A stretch of DNA of 64,000 nt from Macrostomum lignano (GCA_002269645.1 NIVC01002115.1:140160-204159), one strand, 5' to 3'; shown: positions 13,126 to 25,712, numbered from the stretch's first letter. A program made the numbers and translations. The notes: generated by a model not told the origin, from the sequence alone.

Positions 13126-14178
13126 TCTCCCCTGAGGCTGGAGGCTGGAGTCAAAGTCGGTCCGGTGGTGCACGGGTGTGCTGGGGATATCGCTGGGCCG
13201 ATGAATCCACTTCTAGTGCCAGGATGCCGCCGGCAGCCGAATGTTCATCGTCAGAGTCGTCCTGCTGCTGGGCCGTTGGTGGGGGCGTGGCGGCAGCGGC
13301 AGCGGCAGGCAGGCGCGGCGGTGTGTCGGTGCCGCGGTCTGGCAGCGACAGTAGTTGATCAGTGTGACGCTGCATGAGAGGGCTGTCTGTGCTCACAGTG
13401 CAGTTTCAGGGCCCCGCCCGAAAATTTGACGGTGCCTTCTTGCCAACGGTTTCTAGTGGTAGTGCTGTAGTCTCGCAACAAAACTCGGTCTTCCGGTCGG
13501 AACGTCCTGGCTTGCCTGGGTGACTGTTGAAGCGCTGACTGCTGCTGCTGGTGCCGGTTGCTGACGAGTGAGGGCGTTAGCAGATCGAGCCGGGATCAAA
13601 TCGGCGCCCGAAGAGCAGCTGGCTGGGAGCCGAGCCCGAGGCTGAATGTGGCGTGTTGCGATAGGTGAGCAGGAACTGCTGCAAAGCTTTCTCGGGCGGT
13701 CCCGATTTCTTCAGGTGCTGTTTCAACACTCACGAACCGTTCAGCTTGTCCCTTTGTCGCCGGTTGGAAATAGCGCTAAAGTCACGTGCTCGACACCGTT
13801 GATCCTCAAGAACTCGGTGAATTCCGATGACGCAAACTGGGCTCCGTTGTCCGACACCAGAGTCTGCGGCAGGCCCCTGGCGCGCAAAAAAAGCTTGCAA
13901 AGAAGCTGATTGTCTAGGCCGACCTCATGCTGGTCAGCTGCTTCACCTCCGGCCACTTGCTATGCGCGTCGATAAGCACTAGAAAAGTGCGTCAGTTCAC
14001 TGGCCCAGAAAATTCGACACGCAGTCTTGACCACGGCTCCGATGGGAAGGACAATGGGTGCTTTGGCGCTTTGGGCGGATCAGCCTGGTTGAGCCGGCAG
14101 GTTTCACATGCCTTGACGGAGTTCTCTACGAGCGCTTTCATGTGGCTAGCACCAGGAAGATCTTGATGCTGTGCCCTC
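13126..14178 (-). pseudogene. Ty3/Gypsy integrase relic (left-arm copy)
   Basis: Mirror image of 15103-16155. Confidence 0.85.
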
Positions 14179-14179
14179 G

Positions 14180-14842
14180 TCTTTTTGCATTTTAGGGAGA
14201 CCCTAGTGTTCCTAGCGATCCTTTCTCATGGCGTTGAGCTTGGCCATCATGATGCCAGCAATCTTGGAAAAGTGCGGTTTAAAGTTAAGTTCCTTACTAG
14301 AGTGACACCTAGGAGGCCGCAGGGTCGTAGTATTGAATTTCATCCTGACAAAGTTTACGTAAGGATTGGCTTTTCGTGATGTGGTTGCCATTAAACTTAA
14401 AGAAGGAAACTGCCTTGCTTTTGATGGTGCTGCCAACGTCGCCCAGCAATTTTTTTAAGGTGCCAAAGTAGCTGTTAAGCCCCTTCGCAGACATGCTGGA
14501 CTTTCTGGCGCTGGCCCAGTCAGCAAGGTGGTCAGCAAATTGGCTAATATTAACCCGGTTGTCCAGCAGTCTGGGAATGGAGCTGACATTTACTATGAAA
14601 AAAAGAGGCGAAAGCACCCCAACCTTGAGGAGACGCCAGCAGCAAGATCAAAGCCCTCGCTGACGGCACACCCACCTGGATTTTAATCTCCCTGCAATCA
14701 TGATCCTTACCATGTTGTGAGGAACCTCATACTCAAAGAACCTTTGTCTAAGATAACTATGCCAGACCCCGTCGAAAGCTCCCTGCTTCAAATTATGAAC
14801 TAGCTTCTCTATTCGCGTCTGCTTTGACGTCAAGGGAGCTTT
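14180..14842 (-). pseudogene. Non-LTR retrotransposon reverse-transcriptase fragment spanning the spacer and the inner left arm
   Basis: Minus-strand motifs GAFDGVWH, GV.PQG.VLSPLFF and ISQFADHL (xADD-type), continuing without a break across 14438 into TIKSKAV..FNGNHIT. Confidence 0.8.
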
Positions 14843-15102
14843 CGTTGGCAGCACCATCAAAAGCAAGGCAGTTTCCTTCTTTAAGTTTAATGGCAACCAC
14901 ATCACGAAAAGCCAATCCTTACGTAAACTTTGTCAGGATGAAATTCAATACTACGACCCTGCGGCCTCCTAGGTGTCACTCTAGTAAGGAACTTAACTTT
15001 AAACCGCACTTTTCCAAGATTGCTGGCATCATGATGGCCAAGCTCAACGCCATGAGAAAGGATCGCTAGGAACACTAGGGTCTCCCTAAAATGCAAAAAG
15101 AC

Positions 15103-16155
15103 GAGGGCACAGCATCAAGATCTTCCTGGTGCTAGCCACATGAAAGCGCTCGTAGAGAACTCCGTCAAGGCATGTGAAACCTGCCGGCTCAACCAGGCTG
15201 ATCCGCCCAAAGCGCCAAAGCACCCATTGTCCTTCCCATCGGAGCCGTGGTCAAGACTGCGTGTCGAATTTTCTGGGCCAGTGAACTGACGCACTTTTCT
15301 AGTGCTTATCGACGCGCATAGCAAGTGGCCGGAGGTGAAGCAGCTGACCAGCATGAGGTCGGCCTAGACAATCAGCTTCTTTGCAAGCTTTTTTTGCGCG
15401 CCAGGGGCCTGCCGCAGACTCTGGTGTCGGACAACGGAGCCCAGTTTGCGTCATCGGAATTCACCGAGTTCTTGAGGATCAACGGTGTCGAGCACGTGAC
15501 TTTAGCGCTATTTCCAACCGGCGACAAAGGGACAAGCTGAACGGTTCGTGAGTGTTGAAACAGCACCTGAAGAAATCGGGACCGCCCGAGAAAGCTTTGC
15601 AGCAGTTCCTGCTCACCTATCGCAACACGCCACATTCAGCCTCGGGCTCGGCTCCCAGCCAGCTGCTCTTCGGGCGCCGATTTGATCCCGGCTCGATCTG
15701 CTAACGCCCTCACTCGTCAGCAACCGGCACCAGCAGCAGCAGTCAGCGCTTCAACAGTCACCCAGGCAAGCCAGGACGTTCCGACCGGAAGACCGAGTTT
15801 TGTTGCGAGACTACAGCACTACCACTAGAAACCGTTGGCAAGAAGGCACCGTCAAATTTTCGGGCGGGGCCCTGAAACTGCACTGTGAGCACAGACAGCC
15901 CTCTCATGCAGCGTCACACTGATCAACTACTGTCGCTGCCAGACCGCGGCACCGACACACCGCCGCGCCTGCCTGCCGCTGCCGCTGCCGCCACGCCCCC
16001 ACCAACGGCCCAGCAGCAGGACGACTCTGACGATGAACATTCGGCTGCCGGCGGCATCCTGGCACTAGAAGTGGATTCATCGGCCCAGCGATATCCCCAG
16101 CACACCCGTGCACCACCGGACCGACTTTGACTCCAGCCTCCAGCCTCAGGGGAGA
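15103..16155 (+). pseudogene. Ty3/Gypsy integrase relic with polypurine tract (right-arm copy)
   Basis: H..HMKAL/VKACETC zinc-domain remnant, PWSRL..F.GP, VLIDAHSKWPEV, GLPQTLVSDNGAQF, GQAERFV, LLTYRNTPH, QRHTDQL and RAPPDRL*. AGGGGAGA PPT at 16148-16155. Stops and frameshifts present. Confidence 0.88.
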
Positions 16156-16460
16156 TGTGATGGTCTGGGCTGATCCCTCCACAGTCTGGTCAGGGTCAAC
16201 TGCTCCCACTGACTACGACACTGTCTTTTCCTGACTCACCGTAGTCACCCCCTCTGAATAGTCGGACCCCATGCTATGTAATGCACCATCGGTACTTATC
16301 TTTCGTGTTTCGTGCCACAATTTGCCTGGCAAATGTGGGAGGAGCCCACAAATATATAGTAAAACCGGAGCCCTATAATATGGATACATCTCTGTCTGTC
16401 TGCCTCTTGAAAGCCAGTTTCCAGTGCATAATCAAAGACTTCGTTTCAAGTCATTGCATT
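16156..16460 (+). repeat. Probable 3' LTR of the Gypsy relic (end uncertain; mirror copy ends at 13125)
   Basis: TGTGATG immediately follows the PPT; TATATA near 16353; right boundary not determined. Confidence 0.5.
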
Positions 16461-16939
16461 TTCTACGATTATTTTTCGTAAGAGCCAACTCTAAATTAGG
16501 GTCTAAAATTAACACAGAGACAATGAGAACAGACTTGCACCGTCTATAGGTGCCTGCATTATTGAGTATGATTTCCTGTTAATTGAACTTTGAACCATGA
16601 AGTTGTTGTGTACATGTATATCTATGTTTATGCTCACATTTTTCATCCATGTTTGCTAAAAAAATAATTTACCTACATTAAAAGTTTATTGCCTGCTTAA
16701 TTAATAGCGAGAATGTCAGTCGGTAATATTTTATTTAGGCAGATATTCTGTATGCCCAAAAAGGTCAATCTATTCTGCTTTACTTCACAACTAAGAGTTG
16801 CTCCACTGTCACTGAGTTCTTACATTCGAAATATGTTGATTCAATCAAAAAGTCCTCTGACTATCGGAGGAAGACAGCTTCGGCTTCGAGTCTCCGATGC
16901 AGGGAAACAGAAACTGGTAAAAGCTTCTGGACAGACCGG

Positions 16940-17973
16940 CTATGAACAGCGAGTTAGTAAAGTACGGAATGTGGAACAGCATAGCCGCCAGTCGATCAGA
17001 GACCACATCTGAAAAAGGTTTATTTCAAACGAATTAAATAGAGTAGTGCTAGATAAAACAAAACAGCAGAAGTCTACAAACACACAAGAAATCGGATCCA
17101 CATAATTGTCAATCCTCGTGCTGACCACCAGCAGCAGTCGGGAGAAGAAGAAACACAACAACAGCGTGACGTTCATCCCCAGCAGCCTGGCGGTGGCTCG
17201 AGCCTCCATGTTCACTGCGTCAGCTCCTTCATTGCCACTCATTGACAGCACAGCTCTATTCCTTTTCGACTGAAACAGCACTATGATTATGATAGTGGCA
17301 GACAGCATGTTCAGAAAGCATATGAAGAATGCCACTACTAGCATGAAAACAAAGCCAATGAACTGCAGTTCCTTATCAGTGTTAATAACCTGAAAGGCCG
17401 GAACGCTGCATTTCCCATAGTAAACATGGATGCCGTATATTGTCGTGGAAAACAACGTCAAACTCCAGCCGTCTATAATCAGAGCGCCGAACACGACCGC
17501 CACAACCAGAGCAAGCAGCGAAGCCGCAAGAATCAAGATCAGGTCGAGTCTCTTGGTCAGGTGGGCCTTGGCAACCAGCGGATACTTGATGCAGTAGCAG
17601 CGCAGTAGCGAGCTGATGGTCAGAGCGAACGGAGACAGGTACAGCGGGAAGTAGAGGATGATGAAGAATACTCTGCACATTACATTCTGGAGGAATCTGT
17701 GGTCTTTAGACGCAGGCCCCACATCAGAAACTGCAGATCGTTTCCGGGTCCATAACTAGCGTAGGGATTGGAATTAAAAAAATCATCAGTGATCATTTCG
17801 TATGCGCGGTACAAGGTGCCCGCAATGTCCGCACTGACGACTAGGAGAAACCACTTCCTGGCTGACAGAGAGAAGCCGGTGTTTCCGCGAACCAGGAAAA
17901 TGACGGTGAGGATCTGCAGCAGCAGGCCTGTTGGGAAGCCGATGGCCTTGGAAATTCCTACTCCAAATTTCAT
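16940..17973 (-). CDS. Rhodopsin-like 7TM GPCR, copy 2 (same frameshift)
   Basis: Translations identical to copy 1 in the ORF track. Confidence 0.75.
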
Positions 17974-18621
17974 AAAGGCATTCCAGTATGACTGAACAAG
18001 TAAATTGTATCTTTTTGTTAAATATTCTTCAGAAAGGGTTCGGTTGAAGTTTTGCTGCAGATGGGTCCTGTGCCCTACAATAATAAAAAGGAAACTGTTT
18101 TAAACTAACTGCATGTAATTCAATAAGCTTTGAAAAATACTCACCCAAAGGATCTCCAACGTATTTAAAAGTATTCATTTCTGTTGACTAGTAAAGTGTT
18201 CTTTAACTTATGACTTCACGTTACGGCTCCCGTGTTTACACGGTTTTATACACATTTTGGTGATTGTGTATGTTTCTCAAAAAGCCTCATTGTTTATCTT
18301 GTTAGCGATTGATTTCATTGAGTAAGAAATCGTATTACTGACGCTGCCATGCTTTTGTGCTCTGCTGCTTTGGTTAACTTTACGGGTTCTTCCGCTGTTA
18401 ACGGGTTTCTGTGCAATAGCAAGGCCGATGCGCTTATGTTGCGACTTTTGGATACTGACGCACCATTAATTTTTATAAAGGTGCAGTTTATTTACCACCC
18501 TGAATTCTATGCTGGTGGCGCATAGTAAGTTTTATGGTACCTTGAATGTTTTATTACGGTATACGAGTATTTGAGCACTTAAATGACCGAAACATTAGAG
18601 CGGAGCGTATAGTTTAGCACA

Positions 18622-19080
18622 ATGATTAGAGCGGAACCTATGATTAGAGCGGAACCTATGATTAGATTGGAACCTATGATTAGATTGGAACCTATGATTA
18701 GAGTGGAACCTATGATTAGATTGGAACCTATGATTGGAGCCGAACCTATGATTAGAGCGGAACCTATGATTGGAGCGGAACCTATGATTAGATTGGAACC
18801 TATGATTAGATTGGAACCTATGATTAGAGCGGAACCTATGATTAGAGAGGAACCTATGATTGGAGCGGAACCTATGATTAGAGCGGAACCTATGATTGGA
18901 GCGGAACCTATGATTAGATTGGAACCTATGATTAGATTGGAACCTATGATTAGATTGGAACCTATGATTAGAGAGGAACCTATGATTGGAGCGGAACCTA
19001 TGATTGGAGAGGAACCTATGATTAGAGCGGAACCTATGATTAGAGAGGAACCTATGATTGGAGCGGAACCTAATGATTAG
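18622..19080. repeat. 18-bp minisatellite (ATGATTAGAGCGGAACCT)n, right arm
   Basis: About 25 units; inverted counterpart of 10345-10660. Confidence 0.95.
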
Positions 19081-19539
19081 AACGGAACTTTGATAAGGTT
19101 GGGGTGGAAACTATGACTAAAGCGGAATTCAACGGCAACGAAAGATTTCATTAAAAGCCACGAGAACAATAACTACATTCGCAAGAACGCAACGAGAAGT
19201 TGATAAATAAAAGTAACTTAAAAATATCACATCCTAAAGGGAATGCTTAGCGAAGGCAAATGGTGCAAACATCTTCTAAAAGACCCGTGACGCGTCACTG
19301 GGGCTGTGGAGTTCTCAGTTCGAGGATCGTTTTTTATTGATCTCAGCTGTGGGATGTCCAGAAAAAAGATGACTTCTTGTCGTGTGATAATTATCGAGAT
19401 TGGCTGACTCGGCTCGGAAGAACTTAAAAGGAAACTTTAAGTAGTTTTAGTAAACTTTAAGTACTTAAATAGTTTTAGACGCATTCCCAGGCTGGATAGA
19501 GGTCTTCACTAGTCGCGACTGAACAGCTTATATTCTGTC

Positions 19540-20060
19540 ATTCGGTGCCTCACAACCGTATTCACACGTTTCGGGGTCAAGAGGTCGTCGTATCAGACAA
19601 TGCGCTCGAGTTTACTATAGAGAGTCGCCCACCTCATGGTTGCGCATCAATGGTGCACGCGAGTTGGCATCACCGGCATACTACTCGCAAGCAAAAGTGG
19701 CAGCTGAAAGAATGTGCTCTGCATCATCGAATCTCTGCTTCGTCCTGAGAAGGCTGTCGCTCCAAAATAAATTTTGGAAGACGATTAAGTGTCCCGGTTG
19801 TGTCACAATTTGAGCAGGGTGACATCGTCATCTACACGCCAAACAGTTCTGCCGTCAGCAATCCAGCATCTTTCGTCATGACGGCCGGCCGCAATTTGTG
19901 TGAATTCTGACTGAGGAGAATTAACCTTCCTTTCCCCATCACGAACCAAATTACCCCACGAGCCTCCCAATCGCCAGAAGTTACGTCGGAAGATGGGGAG
20001 AACCAGCGCCCTCTGGTCAACAGGGAGGATCAACCCTGCTCCTGAGGTCGGGACCCGGAA
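19540..20060 (+). pseudogene. Second, more decayed Gypsy integrase relic abutting the palindrome
   Basis: EVVVSDNALEFT and SWLRINGARELASPAYYSQ..AAERM resemble the integrase core; multiple lesions. Confidence 0.65.
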
Positions 20061-20739
20061 GAGGATATGCTCTTGTGAAGAGGTAGCACGAACCGAACCG
20101 CTCCTAATCGCTTTGAGCCCTAAATTTTATTTTCTGTTCTACAAATTTCACTGTGGTTTTTAATGAGTTCAACAGGTTTCAAAAAACTTTAATACGGCGA
20201 CAATGACCTCCACTAGGAGAAGACATGTTGTGCCCTGAAGAATCTCTCTAACACCATTACACGTTCTTTAATTTTTAGTCTTGATTCTTTAAGGTTGTAT
20301 CTACAAATGATCCTAACTCTCAACAAAAGTCTCTAAGACTGGCAGCTAATTTCCTTCTCTTTCTTTCAGCGTCGATATGCCTATGCCACTTTAAGCTGCA
20401 AAGCTACGAGTAAGATGTAAGTTCAATCCACAACAAAATCTTTACAGAATGATGCTGAAAAGCCCTCTGCATACGTCATCAGGTAACGTCATCAAGTTTG
20501 TTGTCAAATAGTGCTGTCCAGCAAAATATAGAGCTGACGCTCTTGTCAAAAAGCTGTTAAAGATTCAAAGCGAAAATTGCCAAAGATAAACTAAAGGAGC
20601 AGCATATCGACCCACCAATCCATCATTTCAGCTTTCTATCTGAAGCCATATTTCTTTGAGCTCAGTATTAGATTCTATACTCTGAAGCTACAGAAGCTTG
20701 AAAATGGTAAATCAGAGAGATTTTTGGCTAGCTATTGGC

Positions 20740-21700
20740 TATGTAGCTATTAATTATCAAGGCAGCAAAATCAGCATTGGAGTGCCTCAAGCACTTGCAG
20801 TTGAAGAACATCTACGAGAAGGAGACTGTGTCCGAAAGTCAAGTCTACAAAATCTTTGAGCAACTGCATTCCGGCTATGATTGCTCAGACGGTCGCGGCC
20901 AAAATCAGGGACCGACTGTACGAACTACAGGCCTATTCTGATTGAGAAGGACAAACGTCTCACGGTGAAGAGAACCTGATCCATGCTCTGCAGCTGGTTG
21001 GTAACTAAACTTATCACTGATGAGAATCGTGCTGAGCACGTCCGCTGTCGACACAAGTTTTTAATTGATTATCAGCGTTCAAAACGCTGATACGCTATTA
21101 CAAACTTATCATAGATATTTAATGTTAGACCCACCCATTTGCCTGCACTAAAACAGCCACGCAGACAATGTGTGCCCTCTCTGTGTTAATTTATCTAGCT
21201 GCCTAACTATGCAAAAAGCAAATAAGATGGGTGGGGCGGAAAAATATCACGCCACCACCCAACGCTGCCCCCGAGCACAATGTCGAGCATTATAAATACA
21301 ATGCAATTGAAAGAGCCGAGGCTCTCCACTGCCGAGTTTAGTAGAGTTTGAGCTCAAAACTAAGAAAAGGACTTATCTCAGTTCTTTGAAGCTTCTGTCT
21401 GTCGTGGCAGAGGGGTAGCAGGAGTGTAAGGTAGTTGGCGTGAGAGGCCTTTCAGAGACTACCGATAAACGACCTGTTACATTGATGCAGAAGCCTAGCT
21501 TTCTGGACCGAATCATCACAGCCCATGAGATCTGGATGCACTATACGTCACCCCGGAGACAAGGACTCAGTGGGTGACAAATCTTTCAGAATTGCACTGT
21601 CAAAAAACCGTCGCGCCATATACGACATCGGAAACTGGAAATGCAATCATTTGGAAACTTTCAAACACTAAGGAGTCATCATCGATATTTGCTGACAGAG
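20740..21700 (+). pseudogene. Decayed mariner transposase
   Basis: HLQLKNIYEKETVSESQVYKIFEQLHSG (HTH-like) and FLDRIITAHEIWMHY (FLDRIITGDETW-like). Confidence 0.7.
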
Positions 21701-23550
21701 TCGTCACCTAAATTGAAATTATCAGTGACTGATCGCAGGCCTTACGACTAACCGTCATTTACGATTAGGTGCCCATCGGAAGTGAAAACAATGACTATCT
21801 ATCAGAGCAGTGTAACATTCATATCATCTACAATTATGAATTATTGTGGCCATTTTGTGGGAAGAAGCAATTCAAATCAAGCTTTTCAAAAAGCAGCCTT
21901 TTAGCTCAACATAACAGACTTAGATATAACTTTTCGTAGCTAGCTCATTCGTACTCGCTCGTAAAATCATGCTGCAAAAAATCGGTTGAAATTGAGGATT
22001 TGCTGTCAGGCCGGTATTTCTAAACTGTATGGATTAAAAGCAGATAGGCAGACAACAAGTTATGCACCAATAACCTGGGCTGTCTCGTGAGACTCAATTT
22101 GTATACTTGCACTCTCTTTGGCGGCTCAAATTCTTCTCATTTTGAATATTTTAATAAAAATTAGAACAGAACTGTTGCGACAAACTGGCAAGAGGGTCAC
22201 AGAAGTTTTTGACATCAATCATTCAGCATGCTCGTAATACGTGCTAAATATGCCTTTTTGATGAAAACTACTTCAAGACAGTTAGCAAGAGTAACAAAAA
22301 GACAAATTTTAAAGCAACTTTTGAATGTCAATTCAAAGATCAATTTCAACAAAAATAAAATCGACAAAAAACTAGAAAAAATCGGATTAGTGATCGCGAT
22401 TCAAAGACGGAAGGAAAATACAGAGCCTGCAAATTTTATTGTAGGACGCGTCAATCATTTCAGTTTAGTTTTGTGACATACATGGAAGGTTCTGGTAATT
22501 TCCAGATGTCCAAAATTGGGAGTTTTTCCGTGTCTAAACATAGTAAGGACGGCATGGTTGCTCTATAAATTATTGTCTTGTTATTTCCGTATTTTGTCGT
22601 AAACGAGTGCGCACTAATTAATATAGTTATAGAAAGATATGGATAACTTATGATTATAATATAGTCCTAGATAGTCGGGAAGCTATAATCGAAAATGGAC
22701 AGCTACTTTCTTTCAAATATCCAAGTTTGCCTACTGAGAGTAGCAAATAAAAAAACAATGAGGCAAAAAATGACAAAATAAAAAAATTCTTTTTAATCCC
22801 TTTTTACAAAATAAGTGCAGTAATATATGTATATACAATCCAGCACTTCATCTTTAATAGCTTAAATGATTAGTCGGAAGTGGCTCAGTTGTCATGTGTA
22901 TTGCCGACGAGAATGACCACACCGCACTTCTGAACAATTAACTATCTATCTATCTACTGAACGCCTTCTGTGAGTAGTTCGTGTACATACGAACGGAGGG
23001 ATCTTTTTCATCTGAATTTCAGTGGCTTAATGTACGAGTATTCGCTCGAAAAGAAACCAAAGTTCGATGCTTCATTATATTAGCTGCGTACATGTATATT
23101 GCTTCTGGAAATTCCATGCTGAAGGTTTTTGATATATTAGCAAAAAACATTAAAAATAATGTAACTACATGTCACGTATTGTTGTAGGGCTTCGAGTGTT
23201 CCAACACTAACGGAAATTGATAGGGACTGCAGATAGAGGCATAAAAATTGAACAGATAGATGTATAAAGTTACGAAATCGAAAGTAAAAACCAGCTGTGA
23301 ATGTATGCACTATGCATGTACACACGTTTCAAATTTGTCATAATTCGCATTGTTCGACACATAAAGCTTTTTAATTAGTCGCCAAAAGTACATCTGCAAG
23401 CCATTCCTGGCGCTTAACAAGACCGCCCTTTGTGCTACGCCAACTATAATTACCAGGAGGGGTTAAAAATTTGTCAAGTTTAATATTCCGAATTCAATTA
23501 GGCGAGATTACCAGTAGGAATGCCAAGCCATTTTTCCGCCCGTCGAACTA

Positions 23551-24363
23551 CCAAGAGGGGTGAAAATTTCCCCCCCCCGGACAATTTTTTGTTGCGCCGT
23601 ATTGGAGCAACGCAGGCACACGAAATCCAAGAACACGCGCTAACTTTTTGTGTCGCACCTTCTTGATTCGATTCATTGAAACAAGAATCGACAAGAATAA
23701 ATAAGATCAAGATCTGTCGATTCTTGAAACAAGAATCAAGTCGCCAGCCCTCCAGAGTCCAGACCGTCGAGATATTCGACGATTCTGCCAGAAGGCGATC
23801 TGATTTTTCCCACAAGCGCTAGTGTATTCAGTACACCCCCTGTGCGCCAATCAGCACTGCGCCTCAGTGCAGCCTTGCCAAGTCTCCAAATTTCATCAGC
23901 ACGTCGACCACATGTGTCTGCATCAGATGACGGAATGCTCGAGAGACTAGCTGAGGATTTAGCAACCAGCAGTTGATTTTTGCCCACTGTCGAGGCTTGA
24001 TCAGCGAAACTAGAAAAATGTGCAAAAGCGTGTCCATAGTCACCTGGTGCCACCTGTTGAAGATCCAGAAGCTCCACCTGGGTGTAGGCTAGTGACCAAT
24101 GAAGTCAGAGCTGATGCAGACACATGTGGTCGACGTGCTGATGAAATTTGGAGACTTGGCAAGGCTGCACTGAGGCGCAGTGCTGATTGGCGCACAGGGG
24201 TGTACTGAATACACTAGCGCTTGTGGGAAAAATCAGACCTTCTGGCAGAATCATCGAATATCTCGACGGTCTGGACTCTGGAGGGCTGGCGACTTGATTC
24301 TTGTTTGAGAAGGTGCGCAAAAAATAATTGTCTGGCGGGGGGGGGAATTTTTCACCCCCTTGG
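23551..24363. mobile_element. TA-flanked MITE with long inverted arms
   Basis: TIR CCAAG(A)GGGGTGAAAA with TA on both sides. Inner IR ~23736-23926 matches ~24111-24300 around a 184-bp spacer. Confidence 0.85.
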
Positions 24364-25103
24364 TAGGTATTGTTAAACGGTTTTTTAAAGAATTCGGGTT
24401 CATTTAAATACTCGTAGAAGAGATTGGCATCATATAGATTTCTGAGGAACCAAAAGCCCTAGGAGTAGGACATACATGTACTGTACATGCAGTACTCGAT
24501 AGGACTTCTAAAGATAATTAATTTGGGAATTTGGGATCTCAAAAAATTTGATAAAGGGATCGTGGGACTTTTCTGTCCGCAGAGGCAGATACACTGTACC
24601 TGTGGACTCAGGACTGGCGTTAAAATTTTGGAGCGATGTCTGATTACCAAATTAGGCCAGCTGGTTTCTAGTGGCGTCGTATTTTTGGTTTGGATATGAG
24701 CGCCCCTGTCATCATGGGTGCACGCCTCGACCGTCTCTTAAGCCGGCGGATGCTTTTAGAGCTCGATTTTGTGGCCCCCTCTGCCCCCCTTTGTGCGCGC
24801 CATATATTGCTGTCAATTGCTACATATGTTTTACAGTATTTCTGTCATTTATTGTTCCTCCTGCTAATATATCAGTGTTTACCCAATCGCTATCTCCTTT
24901 TTTCATATCGATCTTTCTGCGATGGAAACATGTATAAATCTGGCAGGCAAAAGTTCGCAAGCGAAAACTCGATCTGTAAAAAACCAAAGTTCAACTTCTA
25001 GGTGGCTTCCAATTAAGAAACGCGGCAAAACAGCTGATGCTGTATCATGGACGGCCGCAATTCTACGTAGACAGTGCATGGATACACATGTAGCTCGTAT
25101 ATA

Positions 25104-25712
25104 CTCAGCAACAGCTAAACCCCCCCCAACTCACGCTGTCACACGGGCACAAAAGTTAAGCAATGTCTTTAATTCCAGTCTCAGTATCGTGTGTAGGAAC
25201 CACGAGCATGCAAAAGTGCCGTGACTCGTCGTGGCATCCTGATCACCAGCCGGTTGATGAACTCTTGGGGCAGCTGCTGCCAGGCATTCAGCACCGCCAG
25301 TCGCAACTGTTCAGCATTCTGTGGGGCATCCTGCTGAACTCTTCGCTTTACAAAGTCCCAGACATGCTCGATAGGGTTCATGTCTGGAGACTTTGACGGC
25401 CAGTTCAATGTGCGAATGCCGAGCTGCTCCTTCAGCAGCTGCACGTGTGCTGCTCGATGTGGCGCAGCGTTGTCGTCTTGAAGCATGCAGTTCTGCGGGC
25501 CGCCAAAGGTTGTCGTAGCAAATGGCAGAAACTTTGCAGCAATGCAGCCACCAGTGGGTTGAGTTGCGCCACACCCTCCCCAAATCCCCCATGCCGCACT
25601 TTGCGCTCGCGTCTGGCGGCGGCAGCCTTCACACATTTCTGAGTCACCGATGGCATACAAAACTTTTAGGCCGTGTGACAGCGTGAGTGGGGGGTTTTTA
25701 GCTGTTGCTGAG
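25104..25712 (-). mobile_element. Internally deleted Tc1 element
   Basis: ~55-bp TIRs CTCAGCAACAGCTAAA.. with TA TSD. Minus-strand ORF has QDDNAAPH and WPSKSPDMNPIEHVW (Tc1 DD34E C-terminal half). Confidence 0.92.

Larger units (their letters stand above)
9894..14438 (+). repeat. Left arm of ~9.6-kb quasi-palindrome
   Basis: Reverse complement of 14843-19531; inner ORF coordinates sum to 29281 (e.g. 11286/17995, 14185/15096). Confidence 0.97.
14843..19531 (-). repeat. Right arm of ~9.6-kb quasi-palindrome
   Basis: Identity with the left arm starts at CGTTGGCAGC (14843) and ends at CAGCTTAT (19531). It is 144 bp longer because of 8 extra 18-bp units. Confidence 0.97.

Noticed and set aside
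9880-19545. Palindrome as a single giant TIR transposon
   Set aside because: No target-site duplication at the outer ends, no transposase in the spacer, and the spacer is continuous with the left arm.
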